Shown: piece by piece, positions 20,401 through 30,146 of the stretch | Layout of the letters: every line of letters begins with the position of its first letter | How positions within the stretch are numbered: position 1 is the stretch's first letter | Assembly: GCA_964416765.1 (NCBI GenBank) | Contig: CAYQEU010000002.1 | Span: 14,877-78,876, forward strand | From: an uncultured Candidatus Saccharibacteria bacterium | GTDB taxonomy: Bacteria; Patescibacteriota; Doudnabacteria; UBA920 | Length of the DNA: 64,000 nucleotides | Reading direction: 5' to 3' | The notes under the pieces: model-generated | Told to the model about the DNA's origin: nothing | What the model saw: the letters and a program-made list of their open reading frames with translations, nothing else | The model's database searches: none | Translations under genes and position numbers: made by a program

Positions 20401-23400
20401 CCATTTGCGATTCCTGTACCATTCAATGTTAGGGGTTCCCAAGTAGAGGCTCCGCCCACGACATAATTACTTAGATCGAGTACAGCTCCGGCAGACACAG
20501 TTACACCGCCCGCTATGGTACCAAGTGGCGTATTAGTAGCTCCGCCATTTGCTCCAACCTGAAGCACACCGGTGCTAACGGTCATGGCGCCGGTCATAGA
20601 GTTTTGCCCGGCGAGTACCAGCGTTCCAGACCCTTCTTTCACCAATGTCCCCGTACCTGACCAAACGCTGGCGGAAGATTGGGCAATATCACCCATGGTT
20701 ACGGTGGTTAACGCAAAGTTTCCCGAAATGGCACCGGCCAAAGTAAGAACACCACTGCCATAATTGGCTATGCGTGAAGCGGCACCAAGAGTAATAGCAC
20801 CGTTATACGATGTTGCGCTGCTTGAATTATTGATCAAGCTTCCTGTGCTTGCTATACCTGTTCCGTTTACTGTTAAGCTTTCAGTGGTGCTAAGGGTGTA
20901 GCCATTTAAATCGAGCATTGCGCCACTAGTAATAGTGGTAGCTCCACCTGTCGTTCCAAGTGGAGTGTTGGTACCGTCGCCTGCTGCTCCCAAGCGGAGG
21001 GTGCCCGCGCTTATTGTAGTCAGGCCGGTATATGAGCCAGAGCCGGATATTGTCCAGGTGCCAAGACCATTTTTAGTCAAGGTTCCAGTTGTGGTATTCA
21101 AATTGCTCGCCAATGTCCCATTTCCGGCGCCGCCGATTGTCAGTGCAAAAGTGTTCCCGGTTATATTTCCAGTGTTGGTAATATTAATATCCCCATAGTT
21201 CGAAATTATAGTGCTGGCAGCGCCCAAAGTAATAAGGCCGCTGTAGCTTGCAGCCACACTTGAATTATTCTGCAACGCACCCGTGGCCAAAGCGCCGCTC
21301 AAAGTGAGCGCTTCCGATGTAGCCAGCGTATATCCATTCAAATCAAGCGCGGATGAAGCACCAGAAATAGTGGTTCCGGCGGCCGTTGTTCCAAGCGGGG
21401 TGTTGGTACTGTCGCCCGTAGCCCCCAGTCTCAATGTTCCGGCACTCACCGTAGTCAAGCCTGTGTAAGTATTGTTGCCCGATAGCTCTAAAACCCCGGC
21501 GCCCGTGGATTTAGTCAGCGCGAAACTCCCACTAATGACAGCCGAAATTATCACGTCATTATCCATAAGACCATCACCAATATTAAAAGTACCACCAGCG
21601 CCCAGCGCCAGTTTACCAGTAATTAGGGTACTGACATTATTGTTGGCAATAGTGGTAAGCGCTCCCGTGGAAGTTGTTAGTGTACCAGCACCAGTTGTGA
21701 TGGCACCAGCATTTACAGTTAGCGCGCCGACTGTATCGGAATTGCCGGCTAAGTTATAGGTGCCGCCTACTATTGTTACACCTCCGCTTGAGATTGCATT
21801 ATTAACACCATAAGTCAGGGTCGCATTATTAACATAAGTGGTTCCGGTGTAGAGATTGGCCGCGCTAAGAGTAATGTTTCCCGGGCCATTCAGTGATAGT
21901 GACCCAGTTGTAGCGGTTCCAATTACAGCAGAGATAGTGGAACTGGCTGTGGCCAGGACATCCAGTTCAAAAGTTGTGATTCCCAAGGTAGTATTTGCAC
22001 CGGCAATATTATTGGCAGAGTTGATCAATACATTACCTGACAAAGAAGCGGAGGCTACAGGAAGAGTGACTCCACTCCCAGGGTTAGTGATATTAAAACC
22101 ATTTAAGATAAGTGAATTGGTATTTGTCGCTACTGCGGTGCGGTCCGCTGTTAATTTTACGTTGGCATTTGATGTAGCTAGATCGCCCGCATACTCGCCG
22201 GAAAACCCAGCGCCATTTAGCAAACGAAGCCCGTTGGTGTTGCCCACGTTGTAGGTGACCATATCACTTCCGGTACCCGTTAGGGAATTGTCCCCAAAAG
22301 CACCTTTGATAACACTAATGGTTTTTGAATTTGCTGATCCGCCGGCCCCAGTTAAGGTTGGAGTGGTGGAGAATATAAGCGAAGAAACGCCAGCCGCCGG
22401 GGTAGAGCCGAAATTAAGCCCACGGAACAGTACTGTAGCCCCGGCTGTACGGTTAAACCCTGGGTTATTGGCTACAGTCAAAGTCGTTCCGCTACCGCCG
22501 CTGCCGGCTTTTGGGTCTATGGTCACTATGTTATGTCCCGAAGCAAATGCCAATTGGCCAATTGTTTCAGTTACAGTGGTTGAATCTTTACCAATGAAGT
22601 TAAAGTTGCCGCCGTTCATGGTCAAAACCAATGCATTGCCCAAACGGTCAGCAACATTAGTGGTACTGTTATCAAGGGTCAACGTTGCGCCCAGGTTAAT
22701 GGTGATGGTAGTAGATACAGCAGTACCGTTGCCGCTTAGCACTAAAGTTCCCCCGTTAATTGCAGTCGTACTGCTAATAGTATTAGCCCCTGTTAAAGTA
22801 ACCGTGTTATTGGTGTTTTTTGCTACCGCGACCGCTCCTGCCAAAACCGCGCTAATGGTTCCGCTCTCCAGAGTATATCCAGTCGAGGTAAGAGTCCCGT
22901 TTTGAATGGTACCTCCCACAAGTGTAACCGTACCAACTGTGTCCGCCACTCCTCCCATGTCCCATGTCCCTCCTAAGATTGTCACCGGTGTGGCAGCCAA
23001 TAGGCCACTGGCGCCATAAGCAAAAGTACCGGAATAAACTCTGGTGGCTCCGGTATACGTGGCGGAACTATTGTTGGTTACTGTTCCGGCACCGTCCTTG
23101 CTGAATGTACCAGCCCCCATAGCCAATACACCGGTACTAAAGGTGGTATCGCCACCGCCTCCCACGTACAGCGAGAAAGCTCCGGTAACTCCACCGGTCA
23201 GCGTTAAAAGCCCAGATCCGGAATTTGTTATGCGCGAATCAGTTGCCTGAGTAATGGCTCCGCTATAACCGGTTGCGCTACTGGAATTGTTAATCAAAGC
23301 TCCGCCGCCATTTATTCCACGACCATTAAGCGTCAATGGTTCGGCTGCGGTCAGCGTAAATCCATTTAAATCTAATACCGCGCCGCTAAGCACAGAGGTG

Positions 23401-26400
23401 GCCCCTGACACGACGCCCAATGGCGTATTTGTACCTGAGCCTGCCGAGCCGATTATTAATGTTCCTACATTAACGCTAGTGGCACCCGTAAATGTGCTTG
23501 CGCCGGAAAGGGTCCAAGAACCGGTCCCAATCTTAGTAACCGTCCCGGTAGTGGTACCAATAATGCTGGATAGTGTACCGTTGCCTGTGCCACCAAGAGT
23601 TAAAGCCAATGCAGCCCCCGTTATGGTGCCGGAATTTGTTAAATTAATATCACCAAAATCCGCTTTAATGGTTGATGCCGAGCCAAGGGTAATTAGGCCG
23701 CTATATGTAACCGCAGAAGCGGAACTGTTCATAAGAACGCCGCTGGCAAAATCACCCAGACCATACCCGACACCGTTAATAGTGAGCGGTTCTGCCGCTG
23801 CTAGTGTATATCCATTTAAATCAAACCGAGCGCCGGCGGCAATTGTAGTAATACCGGCTACAGTACCGAGTGGGCTATTTGTGGCATCACCGGTACCTCC
23901 AAGTTTTAAGGTTCCGGCACTAATAGTGGTGGTACCCGTGTAAGAGTTACTGTTTGATGGAGTATAAGTACCGAACCCGTCTTTAGTAACCGTGGTAATA
24001 GTAGAAATAACCCCGGTTATATCAATATCACTAAACCCACCAACTGTAAGGGCAAAAGCACCGGAAATCCCCCCGCCTATGGTTATCTTGCCAAAATTAG
24101 CGCCAATACGACCAGTGTTATTTAACACTATATCGCCGTTCCAAGCCGCGGGAGTATTGGAAGTGTTGATCAGGGCGCCGCGTCCGCCAACCCCTGTTCC
24201 TCTCATTGTCAACGATTGGGCAGGATTGAGTGTAAAACCATTCATATCGAGCGTGGCACCATTGGCAATAGTGACACCACCAGCCGTTGTTCCAAGGGGA
24301 CCATATGTTCCATCACCGGCCGCGCCCAGTTGAAGAATTCCGCTGGTTACAGTTGTGGCACCTGTGTATACATTGTTCCTAGTCAGTATTACGGTGGCTT
24401 CTAGATTGGTGTTGGTGTTTATTTTTGTCACAGTTCCTGATCCGCCGATAATAGCGCTGATAGTGCCATCTCGAAGGCTATAAGATGTTCCGGTTAACAC
24501 CCCGGTCCCACCGGTAATAGTGCCGCCTTGAAGTGTTACAGCTCCAACGGCATTGTCGAAATTCCCAATATCCAAAGTTGAGCTATCTACAGTGACGGCA
24601 CTGGTGGACGGAATAGCATTGCTTACGCCAATGGTTAATTTCCCTCTATTGATTCTTGTCGCGCCAGTGTAACTCTTCGCGCTGGAAAAAGTCATGTTGC
24701 CCGCGCCGCTCTTTGTAAGACCGCCGCTAGTTGTAATATTTGCAGAAACATCAATGTCACCAACCATGCGCATGATAAACTCACTTGTCCCACCAGCTAA
24801 GGTCGTGTTGGCTCCGGCGATAACCGCGCCAGATGCGTGATTGATAATATTACCTGAAACAAAAGTTATTGTTTGCGGAGACCCCGGGTCCGTTATGCTT
24901 GCCCCGGTATCAAGGATTAAGGAATTAATTTGTGTGGTTGTTGCGGGTATAGAAGAAGAAAGCCGGACATTAGCATTGGTCACGGACATATCTGTTGTAT
25001 ATTCGTTGCTAAAGCCTGCGTGGTTCAATAAACGCAGTCCATTATTGTTGGCTCCGGATTCGTAAGTAACCATGTCGGTTCCGTCGCCAGAAGTGTCATT
25101 GTCGCCAAATACTCCTTGAAGAATACTTACGGTTGGAGTCCCCGGATTGCCATTATCACCCACCAAAGTCGGAGCCGTTTTAAACATTAGGGTCGATACG
25201 CCGGCACCAGGTGTAGAACCAAGGTTTGCCCCCCTAACCAACAACGACGCGCCTGCTGTGCGGGCAATTGACGCAAATCTTAGAACCGTAGACCCGCCTG
25301 AACCGGGATAAAAATTAATCTTGTTTTGTCCGGCACTAACAGTTAAGGCGCCTACTATGGACATAACACTGCCAGTAGAACTTCCATAAAGATTGAAGTC
25401 ACCGCCCGCCAGAGTTAGCGCCAGGGAATCTGACAAGCGATCCAGCTGTCCCGTTGTATTATCAATGTTAATGGCGCCGTCTGTGTTAATTTGCATAACC
25501 GTAGACTGGATTATGGAACCATTGCCGCTAAGAGTCAGCACCCCGTGGTTAACCGTCGTTGAACCCGTATAGGGATTAAAAGTATTTAGAGTCAAGGTTC
25601 CCGGTCCATTTTTTGTCAAAGTCCCAGCGCCAATGGCAATCGGACCGGTATCAAAGATTGTGTCTCCATCACCATCAACCGTCAAACCAAAAGCCCCTGT
25701 AACTCCTCCGTTAGAGATAGTCAGGGTAGCGCCCGCATCTGATTCAATAGTTGATGCCGCGGTCTGGGTGATTAGTCCCGTAATGGTATTGTTACCGTTT
25801 TGATTTTCAATTGCCCCGGCATTAATGAGCCCGGTGCCAGAGATAGATATGAATTCCGGGATCGACATTCCGTTGCCGTCAATAACCAAAGTAGCACCTG
25901 AGGTTACGGTTGTAACTCCGTCCACAGTACCCAGCGCTAAACTATTTTGAATACTCAAGATGCCGGCCGAAACAGAAACTGCCCCGGTGAATAAATTAGC
26001 CCGGGTCAACGTAACCGTTCCGGTGCTAGATTTAGTCAGGGTGCCGCCGGGACCGCCAAGTACAGCACTTATATTTCCGGCATAGACGGTGAAGGCGGCG
26101 CTGCTCAAAACTCCGGATGTCCCGGTAATTGTTCCGGATTGCCCGTCTAACGTGCCGAGCGTTACTGTACCAACCATGTCTGAATAGGAGGAAATATTCA
26201 AAGTCCCCGCAGTTACCGTAACAGCCCCCGAAAGGATCGCGTTATGGGTACCGTAAAGTAAGGTGCCCGCATTTACTGTTGTTAAGCCAGTGTAAGTATT
26301 GGGAAAATTATAAGTTAAGGTCCCACTTCCATTTTTTGTAACCGTCCCCGCGGCAGTACCAATAGGGGTAGTGGAATATGTGATATTACCGGCACCGTCA

Positions 26401-27236
26401 ATCAGCAAGGGAAAAGCCCCGGCCATACCGCCGGTTATGGTCAGCGTTCCGGCATCCGAATATATCTCTGCTCCGCCGGCAATCATGGTAATCAAGCCGC
26501 CGAAAGTATTGCTGTCGCTAACATTACGCAGAGCGCCTCCGCCGGCAACTCCATACCCTCTCAAAGCCAAAGGTTCATAACCAATATTTACACCTCCCTG
26601 TAGCTCCAAAGCGGAACCTCCGACTACTTCAGTACCAAGGGCGATACTGCCCAATGCTGTAGCGTTTTGGGCGTTTAGGGTACCCACATTAATTTTGGTT
26701 ACGCCGCCATAAGTGTTAGCGCCAGAAAGCACCAGTTTACCCGTTCCCTCTTTGTTAATACCGCCAACGCCGCCAATTCTGCCGCTGATAGTTAAAACTT
26801 CGGAAGTATTTGTTACAAAAATATCCCTGGTCACATCAAGGCGCATATCCAAACTAATTGTATTGCCCCCAGAGGAAGCACTGTCGGTAATTCCAGCCAG
26901 TCCCTGGCCGAGAATAAGTGGATTGCCGGAAAGATTATATCCGCTGCCGGAAAGAGTTATGGAATTGAAGATGGTATTTTCCGTAAGGTCGTTTACGCTA
27001 GAAAGATTTGAGGCCCCGGCAGGAAACACCAAATCATCGCCGGTGGCGGGGGCAGTGCCTCCCCAGTTGCTGGCATCTGACCATGAGCTGCTTGTAGTAC
27101 CGGTCCATGTTCTAACTGCAGCTTGGGCCCGGTTAACATTTCCGAAAAAAACAAAACCAGCCAGAAAGAACACCCCCACATAAAGCAGTGGTCTTATATA
27201 AGCAAAGGAAAATATTTTTTGTGCTCTGTTTCCCAT
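17415..27236 (-). CDS. giant adhesin (~3273 aa) with autotransporter-associated beta-strand repeats, no beta-barrel
   Basis: Start moved to MGNRAQK (27236); signal peptide AQA; TWTG...WSDASNW cap; many LTKxGxGTLxLSGxNTYTGxTTVxxGTL repeats; Gly-rich C-terminus. Confidence 0.9.
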   Translation of the reverse strand: MGNRAQKIFSFAYIRPLLYVGVFFLAGFVFFGNVNRAQAAVRTWTGTTSSSWSDASNWGGTAPATGDDLVFPAGASNLSSVNDLTENTIFNSITLSGSGYNLSGNPLILGQGLAGITDSASSGGNTISLDMRLDVTRDIFVTNTSEVLTISGRIGGVGGINKEGTGKLVLSGANTYGGVTKINVGTLNAQNATALGSIALGTEVVGGSALELQGGVNIGYEPLALRGYGVAGGGALRNVSDSNTFGGLITMIAGGAEIYSDAGTLTITGGMAGAFPLLIDGAGNITYSTTPIGTAAGTVTKNGSGTLTYNFPNTYTGLTTVNAGTLLYGTHNAILSGAVTVTAGTLNISSYSDMVGTVTLGTLDGQSGTITGTSGVLSSAAFTVYAGNISAVLGGPGGTLTKSSTGTVTLTRANLFTGAVSVSAGILSIQNSLALGTVDGVTTVTSGATLVIDGNGMSIPEFISISGTGLINAGAIENQNGNNTITGLITQTAASTIESDAGATLTISNGGVTGAFGLTVDGDGDTIFDTGPIAIGAGTLTKNGPGTLTLNTFNPYTGSTTVNHGVLTLSGNGSIIQSTVMQINTDGAINIDNTTGQLDRLSDSLALTLAGGDFNLYGSSTGSVMSIVGALTVSAGQNKINFYPGSGGSTVLRFASIARTAGASLLVRGANLGSTPGAGVSTLMFKTAPTLVGDNGNPGTPTVSILQGVFGDNDTSGDGTDMVTYESGANNNGLRLLNHAGFSNEYTTDMSVTNANVRLSSSIPATTTQINSLILDTGASITDPGSPQTITFVSGNIINHASGAVIAGANTTLAGGTSEFIMRMVGDIDVSANITTSGGLTKSGAGNMTFSSAKSYTGATRINRGKLTIGVSNAIPSTSAVTVDSSTLDIGNFDNAVGAVTLQGGTITGGTGVLTGTSYSLRDGTISAIIGGSGTVTKINTNTNLEATVILTRNNVYTGATTVTSGILQLGAAGDGTYGPLGTTAGGVTIANGATLDMNGFTLNPAQSLTMRGTGVGGRGALINTSNTPAAWNGDIVLNNTGRIGANFGKITIGGGISGAFALTVGGFSDIDITGVISTITTVTKDGFGTYTPSNSNSYTGTTTISAGTLKLGGTGDATNSPLGTVAGITTIAAGARFDLNGYTLAAAEPLTINGVGYGLGDFASGVLMNSSASAVTYSGLITLGSASTIKADFGDINLTNSGTITGAALALTLGGTGNGTLSSIIGTTTGTVTKIGTGSWTLSGASTFTGATSVNVGTLIIGSAGSGTNTPLGVVSGATSVLSGAVLDLNGFTLTAAEPLTLNGRGINGGGALINNSSSATGYSGAITQATDSRITNSGSGLLTLTGGVTGAFSLYVGGGGDTTFSTGVLAMGAGTFSKDGAGTVTNNSSATYTGATRVYSGTFAYGASGLLAATPVTILGGTWDMGGVADTVGTVTLVGGTIQNGTLTSTGYTLESGTISAVLAGAVAVAKNTNNTVTLTGANTISSTTAINGGTLVLSGNGTAVSTTITINLGATLTLDNSTTNVADRLGNALVLTMNGGNFNFIGKDSTTVTETIGQLAFASGHNIVTIDPKAGSGGSGTTLTVANNPGFNRTAGATVLFRGLNFGSTPAAGVSSLIFSTTPTLTGAGGSANSKTISVIKGAFGDNSLTGTGSDMVTYNVGNTNGLRLLNGAGFSGEYAGDLATSNANVKLTADRTAVATNTNSLILNGFNITNPGSGVTLPVASASLSGNVLINSANNIAGANTTLGITTFELDVLATASSTISAVIGTATTGSLSLNGPGNITLSAANLYTGTTYVNNATLTYGVNNAISSGGVTIVGGTYNLAGNSDTVGALTVNAGAITTGAGTLTTSTGALTTIANNNVSTLITGKLALGAGGTFNIGDGLMDNDVIISAVISGSFALTKSTGAGVLELSGNNTYTGLTTVSAGTLRLGATGDSTNTPLGTTAAGTTISGASSALDLNGYTLATSEALTLSGALATGALQNNSSVAASYSGLITLGAASTIISNYGDINITNTGNITGNTFALTIGGAGNGTLASNLNTTTGTLTKNGLGTWTISGSGSYTGLTTISAGTLRLGAAGDGTNTPLGTTGGATTITSGAMLDLNGYTLSTTESLTVNGTGIASTGSLINNSSSATSYNGAITLGAASRIANYGSGVLTLAGAISGNFALTTVTMGDIAQSSASVWSGTGTLVKEGSGTLVLAGQNSMTGAMTVSTGVLQVGANGGATNTPLGTIAGGVTVSAGAVLDLSNYVVGGASTWEPLTLNGTGIANGGALISSAGSDNNFGAMTVSTNSLITNNGSGTINITGTVTIANAINLGVGGSGPTTISGSFGASATSATLTKWDSGTLILSGSSTTTGLTRINGGTLQYGTSNAINTGAVTVAGGILDINGNTDSVGAITIQNGGTITDSNGTPGVLTGTAYTFYGGGISGVLGGTAIAMTKSTGDSLTLSKTFANTGTLTINAGTVQYLASNIINDSAAVTVAGGTLDIQSYTDTLGTLTLTSGFIIGSGTFTGSSYAVASGTITANLAGAVNLTKTTTGTVTLAGTNTYSGITTISGGTLSVSTIGNGGVAGNLGQASNAAGNIVFNTAVGTLQYTGGSASTDRSYTTTNAIAATFDITNPGTVLTWGGAGTVTTAPITKSGPGTLVFTSAQGHTGLTTVSGGTLQYGVANMLSTGAVTVVNGVLDLNNISDSVGIITLQTDGQIIDSGGTTAVLTTTGTAALQSGLVSARLGGSVAAGISKTTGGRVTLSADNTFTSTSIALSAGYLNLQNSNALGASGTTLTTTITSGAVMELQGNITLPSTKLITANGTGVNNVGAIRNISDTNAIQATLTLGSSGVRVNSDSGSLTIPSVSGNARSLIVGGAGDTTITGAIATTSGTLTKDGAGTLTLSGANTFTGSLTLSGGTIVANATAALGSGGVNNTLIFNGGTLQASGNITSPVNRAVTLTQTAIIDTNGNDVSFAGTVGSAAGLTKLGSGTLTLTGVTTLGGELTISNGTFVAPANLTVTGNLSNSGTFTHNNGSVTIIPNSTTGVASVGGSSDTTFYDFADTTDNSILTFKAGKTYTFANSITVTGTSGRPIALSSDTPGQQWLMDLSGTASFSYLSVQDSGCSGVFTITNDGTLVNIGNNGSCWGFVSYGGGGGPTGGGSGSSGNSSGGGSSDGNGGICGNSAIAIAILTGDHVTSVTMVCGGSSYGIAPVVNFIDGGGTGAAAVAVLTGDVITAINVTNGGMNYTSAPTVTFGGVSGGGGGSGGGGSASP

Positions 27237-27252
27237 TGGGTTGATGTGCAAT

Positions 27253-29892
27253 TTAAGGGGTAGGGCCTGCACCTTCGGTTGCGGCAGATAAATCATCTTC
27301 CTGAGCGGTTGTGTTGTCTTCCGGAACGGTCGTGCTATCTCCGGCTACAGTGCCGGTATCTTCAGTAGGCGGCTCCTGGGCTGCTTGGGGTAATGAGTAA
27401 GTTACAATCGTGTAATTACCCGATGATTGGGTTATTACGGAAAGCTGATTATGGCTAAAAGTGTTGTAGCCCTCTTCTTTTGCTATTACCAAATAGTGGA
27501 CAATTGCCGGATTAGGCGTACCGTCTACGCCAAATGACTTGATAATAAACCCGGCGTAATTGCCGTTCTGGTCTTTTTTCCATGAGGCAATCTGGACGAA
27601 TACTGGACCATCACCCTCCGGAGTAAGCTGAACGACAGGTTTTCCGCTGCTAAGGTTGTGGCTGAATGTAATTTCAGCAGTCCCATCCGTTTCCGTGGCG
27701 ATTGAGCCGGCGAAGGTATCGTCTTGCATACTAATTAGGTTTTTGACGGCAACGACGCCCTGGGCATCAACGCTAAACAATTTACTATTGTCGGCGCTGA
27801 CCACGAACAACGTTTCAGAGGGGCTGTTGGGGCTGACATTGATTTCAGTAGCGCCATTATTGCGGACCAGCATGCGGCTAGTTTGCTGGTTTTGGACATT
27901 CAGAATATCCCCGCTTCCGTTTTGGTTTATCAAATAGGCCGCGGCATTGGTGGTGCTGGCAATCAGCTGAGTAGCCATTGTGCCGCGCTGTACATTTACG
28001 GAATTGTTAAACAGGTCAACCGTCTGGGTGGGATCATAATATATCGGGTTAACAAACACCAAAACCGTATTTCCGCTTAAACCGTTAAAGGAAGCTAAGG
28101 CTTGGCCGATCACCTTGCCGGGAGCTGTAGCTTTCATGGCATACCCGGGAATGGTAGCCGAACTGGTTAAGTAATCTCCGGGCTGGATAGTGCCATTTTC
28201 GATGGTTGCTTTAACCCGGACACGGCCAACCAATGCTACCGGTTGAGGATTGTCAGTAGGGTTAATGTTGTGGCCAATGCTGTTAAAGTCCCCGGCGTCT
28301 TCAATATTGGAAACCACTCCCACGAGATTGCTTTGGTAAGCGGAAGTTGTCTTAACCACTTTTACCAACCGGTCTCCCTGGGTGGTGGTTACATAGTTTG
28401 TTCCTGAGCTCACTACGTCAGCGGTTTGTATGTTGGGTTCAGCCGGATAAAATTCCATGTAGTCAGCGCCCGGTCCCGGGTTACAATCTTTAATAGCATC
28501 TAATCCCGTACCGTTTGTGTCATGGCACAAGGTAAAGTTGCCCGTGGACGAAGCAAGGTTGACGCTGGTGTTTCCGCTGTTGTCCACTTTAAACTTCGTG
28601 GTTCCTCCCGACTTGGCATTGATGAAGTTACCCGAGGCAAAAGTGCCGGAGTTGTTAGCAACATCAAACAATAATAAATTGCCGGTGTAGGCGCTAGATT
28701 CCTGGTAAATATCCACCATATCCGCGCTGGTCGCGTCATTGGTATAAGCACGGATGGCATTGCCGCGGGTTTTCGTGGTAGAATTCGCGCCGTTGTCCAA
28801 GTCCGCATATATGGCAGCTGGCTGAACTATGGAAGCTGCCTGGGACGTAGTGGTAGCCTGAAGGCCGAAAGTATAACCATAGCTGGCAATGCCAGTATTA
28901 ACCCCGTTTACATTGGAGCCGCTGTAGGCCTGGACTTCCAATCCCCGGACCACCTGCCCGGTGCCAAGCGAAGAATTATCAATCATTCTAATAAACTGGC
29001 CGTCGTAAGTTCCCGCCTGGCTGCCGCTGCTGGGAATTGTTGAAATGAACCGATTACCAAACTCAAAACCGGAAGCGGTCGCATTGCTCAGCGTATAATC
29101 TCCGAATATGCCTGCAATCGCGCTGCTGCCGCTGCTTGTAATGCTGTTAGTCAAAGTCAGGAGACCCTGTGACTGGATGCCGCCCGAACCCACACTAAGG
29201 TAAGTGCCCACGTTCAAGGCGCCGCCCGTTGTCACATCGCCGCCGGAGAAGTTAAAACCGGCGGAACTTCCAGTAGCCGTAAAGGTGGTTAGTCCGGCTG
29301 ATGAAACACCTAAAGTAAGCAGGTTGGAACCGTCGTAAGCAAGTGTAGCCTGGGGTACTGTTGTGTTGGTAAGGTAAATTATGCCATTGCCCTGGAGACT
29401 GTTGGCTATCATGGCCGCCGGAACCGCGCCCAGTGTTCTGCGAGGGGACATTTCCCCATCCCAGGACGGGGAACCGGTGCCGCCAATGTTGACTCCCAAA
29501 TAAAGCGTCTGGTTAAAGTCCACGCCGCTTAATGAAGTGACTTCGCCCAGCATAACGCTGAATACCCCATTTGTTATCTGCACCTTGTTAGCACCCGTGC
29601 GGGTTTCTGTCCAAAGCGCGGCTCCCCCGGTGGATACGTTGTACAATTTGAATTCTATGTTGTACTGTCCATCAGCAACCGCAACGTTGCTTAGGTTAGT
29701 AAGTTTGGCCTGGTAACTAATTTGGTTATTAATCCCTGTGGCCTGTGCCGTGCTTCCAGGCAAGGAAAGACCGAGAAGAATGAACAGTGCCACCGCGCAA
29801 AGCATGCCCATGGCAAAAGTAGATATGACAAGGGGGTGTTGACGGGTGGGCATGGCAGTAACCAGGCGCCAATTAAAAGCTGGGCGGTTCAT
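27253..29892 (-). CDS. secreted tail-fibre-like protein with peptidase-G2-like intramolecular chaperone domain
   Basis: N-terminal YQAKL...DGEMSPRR domain as in 4932-9443; GADYMEFY...VGVVS...PVALVGRVRVK...GDYLTSS...GYAMKA...VIGQAL; start overlaps the HTH stop (ATGA) with AAGGAGGTG SD. Confidence 0.8.
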   Translation of the reverse strand: MNRPAFNWRLVTAMPTRQHPLVISTFAMGMLCAVALFILLGLSLPGSTAQATGINNQISYQAKLTNLSNVAVADGQYNIEFKLYNVSTGGAALWTETRTGANKVQITNGVFSVMLGEVTSLSGVDFNQTLYLGVNIGGTGSPSWDGEMSPRRTLGAVPAAMIANSLQGNGIIYLTNTTVPQATLAYDGSNLLTLGVSSAGLTTFTATGSSAGFNFSGGDVTTGGALNVGTYLSVGSGGIQSQGLLTLTNSITSSGSSAIAGIFGDYTLSNATASGFEFGNRFISTIPSSGSQAGTYDGQFIRMIDNSSLGTGQVVRGLEVQAYSGSNVNGVNTGIASYGYTFGLQATTTSQAASIVQPAAIYADLDNGANSTTKTRGNAIRAYTNDATSADMVDIYQESSAYTGNLLLFDVANNSGTFASGNFINAKSGGTTKFKVDNSGNTSVNLASSTGNFTLCHDTNGTGLDAIKDCNPGPGADYMEFYPAEPNIQTADVVSSGTNYVTTTQGDRLVKVVKTTSAYQSNLVGVVSNIEDAGDFNSIGHNINPTDNPQPVALVGRVRVKATIENGTIQPGDYLTSSATIPGYAMKATAPGKVIGQALASFNGLSGNTVLVFVNPIYYDPTQTVDLFNNSVNVQRGTMATQLIASTTNAAAYLINQNGSGDILNVQNQQTSRMLVRNNGATEINVSPNSPSETLFVVSADNSKLFSVDAQGVVAVKNLISMQDDTFAGSIATETDGTAEITFSHNLSSGKPVVQLTPEGDGPVFVQIASWKKDQNGNYAGFIIKSFGVDGTPNPAIVHYLVIAKEEGYNTFSHNQLSVITQSSGNYTIVTYSLPQAAQEPPTEDTGTVAGDSTTVPEDNTTAQEDDLSAATEGAGPTP

Positions 29893-30134
29893 ACAACCAC
29901 CTCCTTCTTTGCGGACCTTAAGTGCTTATGCTGCTGTTTGGTCAGATACGACAAAACCCACTCACGGGTGGTTAACCAGTTGCGGGCAATTTTTATGGCT
30001 CTTAAATGTCCGGTGCGGGCGCGGAAGCTTAGATATTCCGAGGAATAAGGGGTAAGGCTAGCAGCCTCGGAAATTGAGATCAAATCGCTCAAATCACCAG
30101 AAATCACATAGGATTTGTGATCCTTTTGTAACAT
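29889..30134 (-). CDS. small Xis/MerR-like helix-turn-helix protein
   Basis: LISISEAASLTPYSSEYLSFRARTGHLRAIKIARNWLTT matches the excisionase-type winged HTH pattern. Confidence 0.85.
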   Translation of the reverse strand: MLQKDHKSYVISGDLSDLISISEAASLTPYSSEYLSFRARTGHLRAIKIARNWLTTREWVLSYLTKQQHKHLRSAKKEVVV

Positions 30135-30146
30135 TTTATGTAATTT

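Noticed and set aside
17669-27183. Many plus-strand ORFs rich in Val/Pro within the giant adhesin, and similar ones within 4948-8862
   Set aside because: Antisense shadows of Gly/Thr/Ala codon repeats; no start signals or family motifs.
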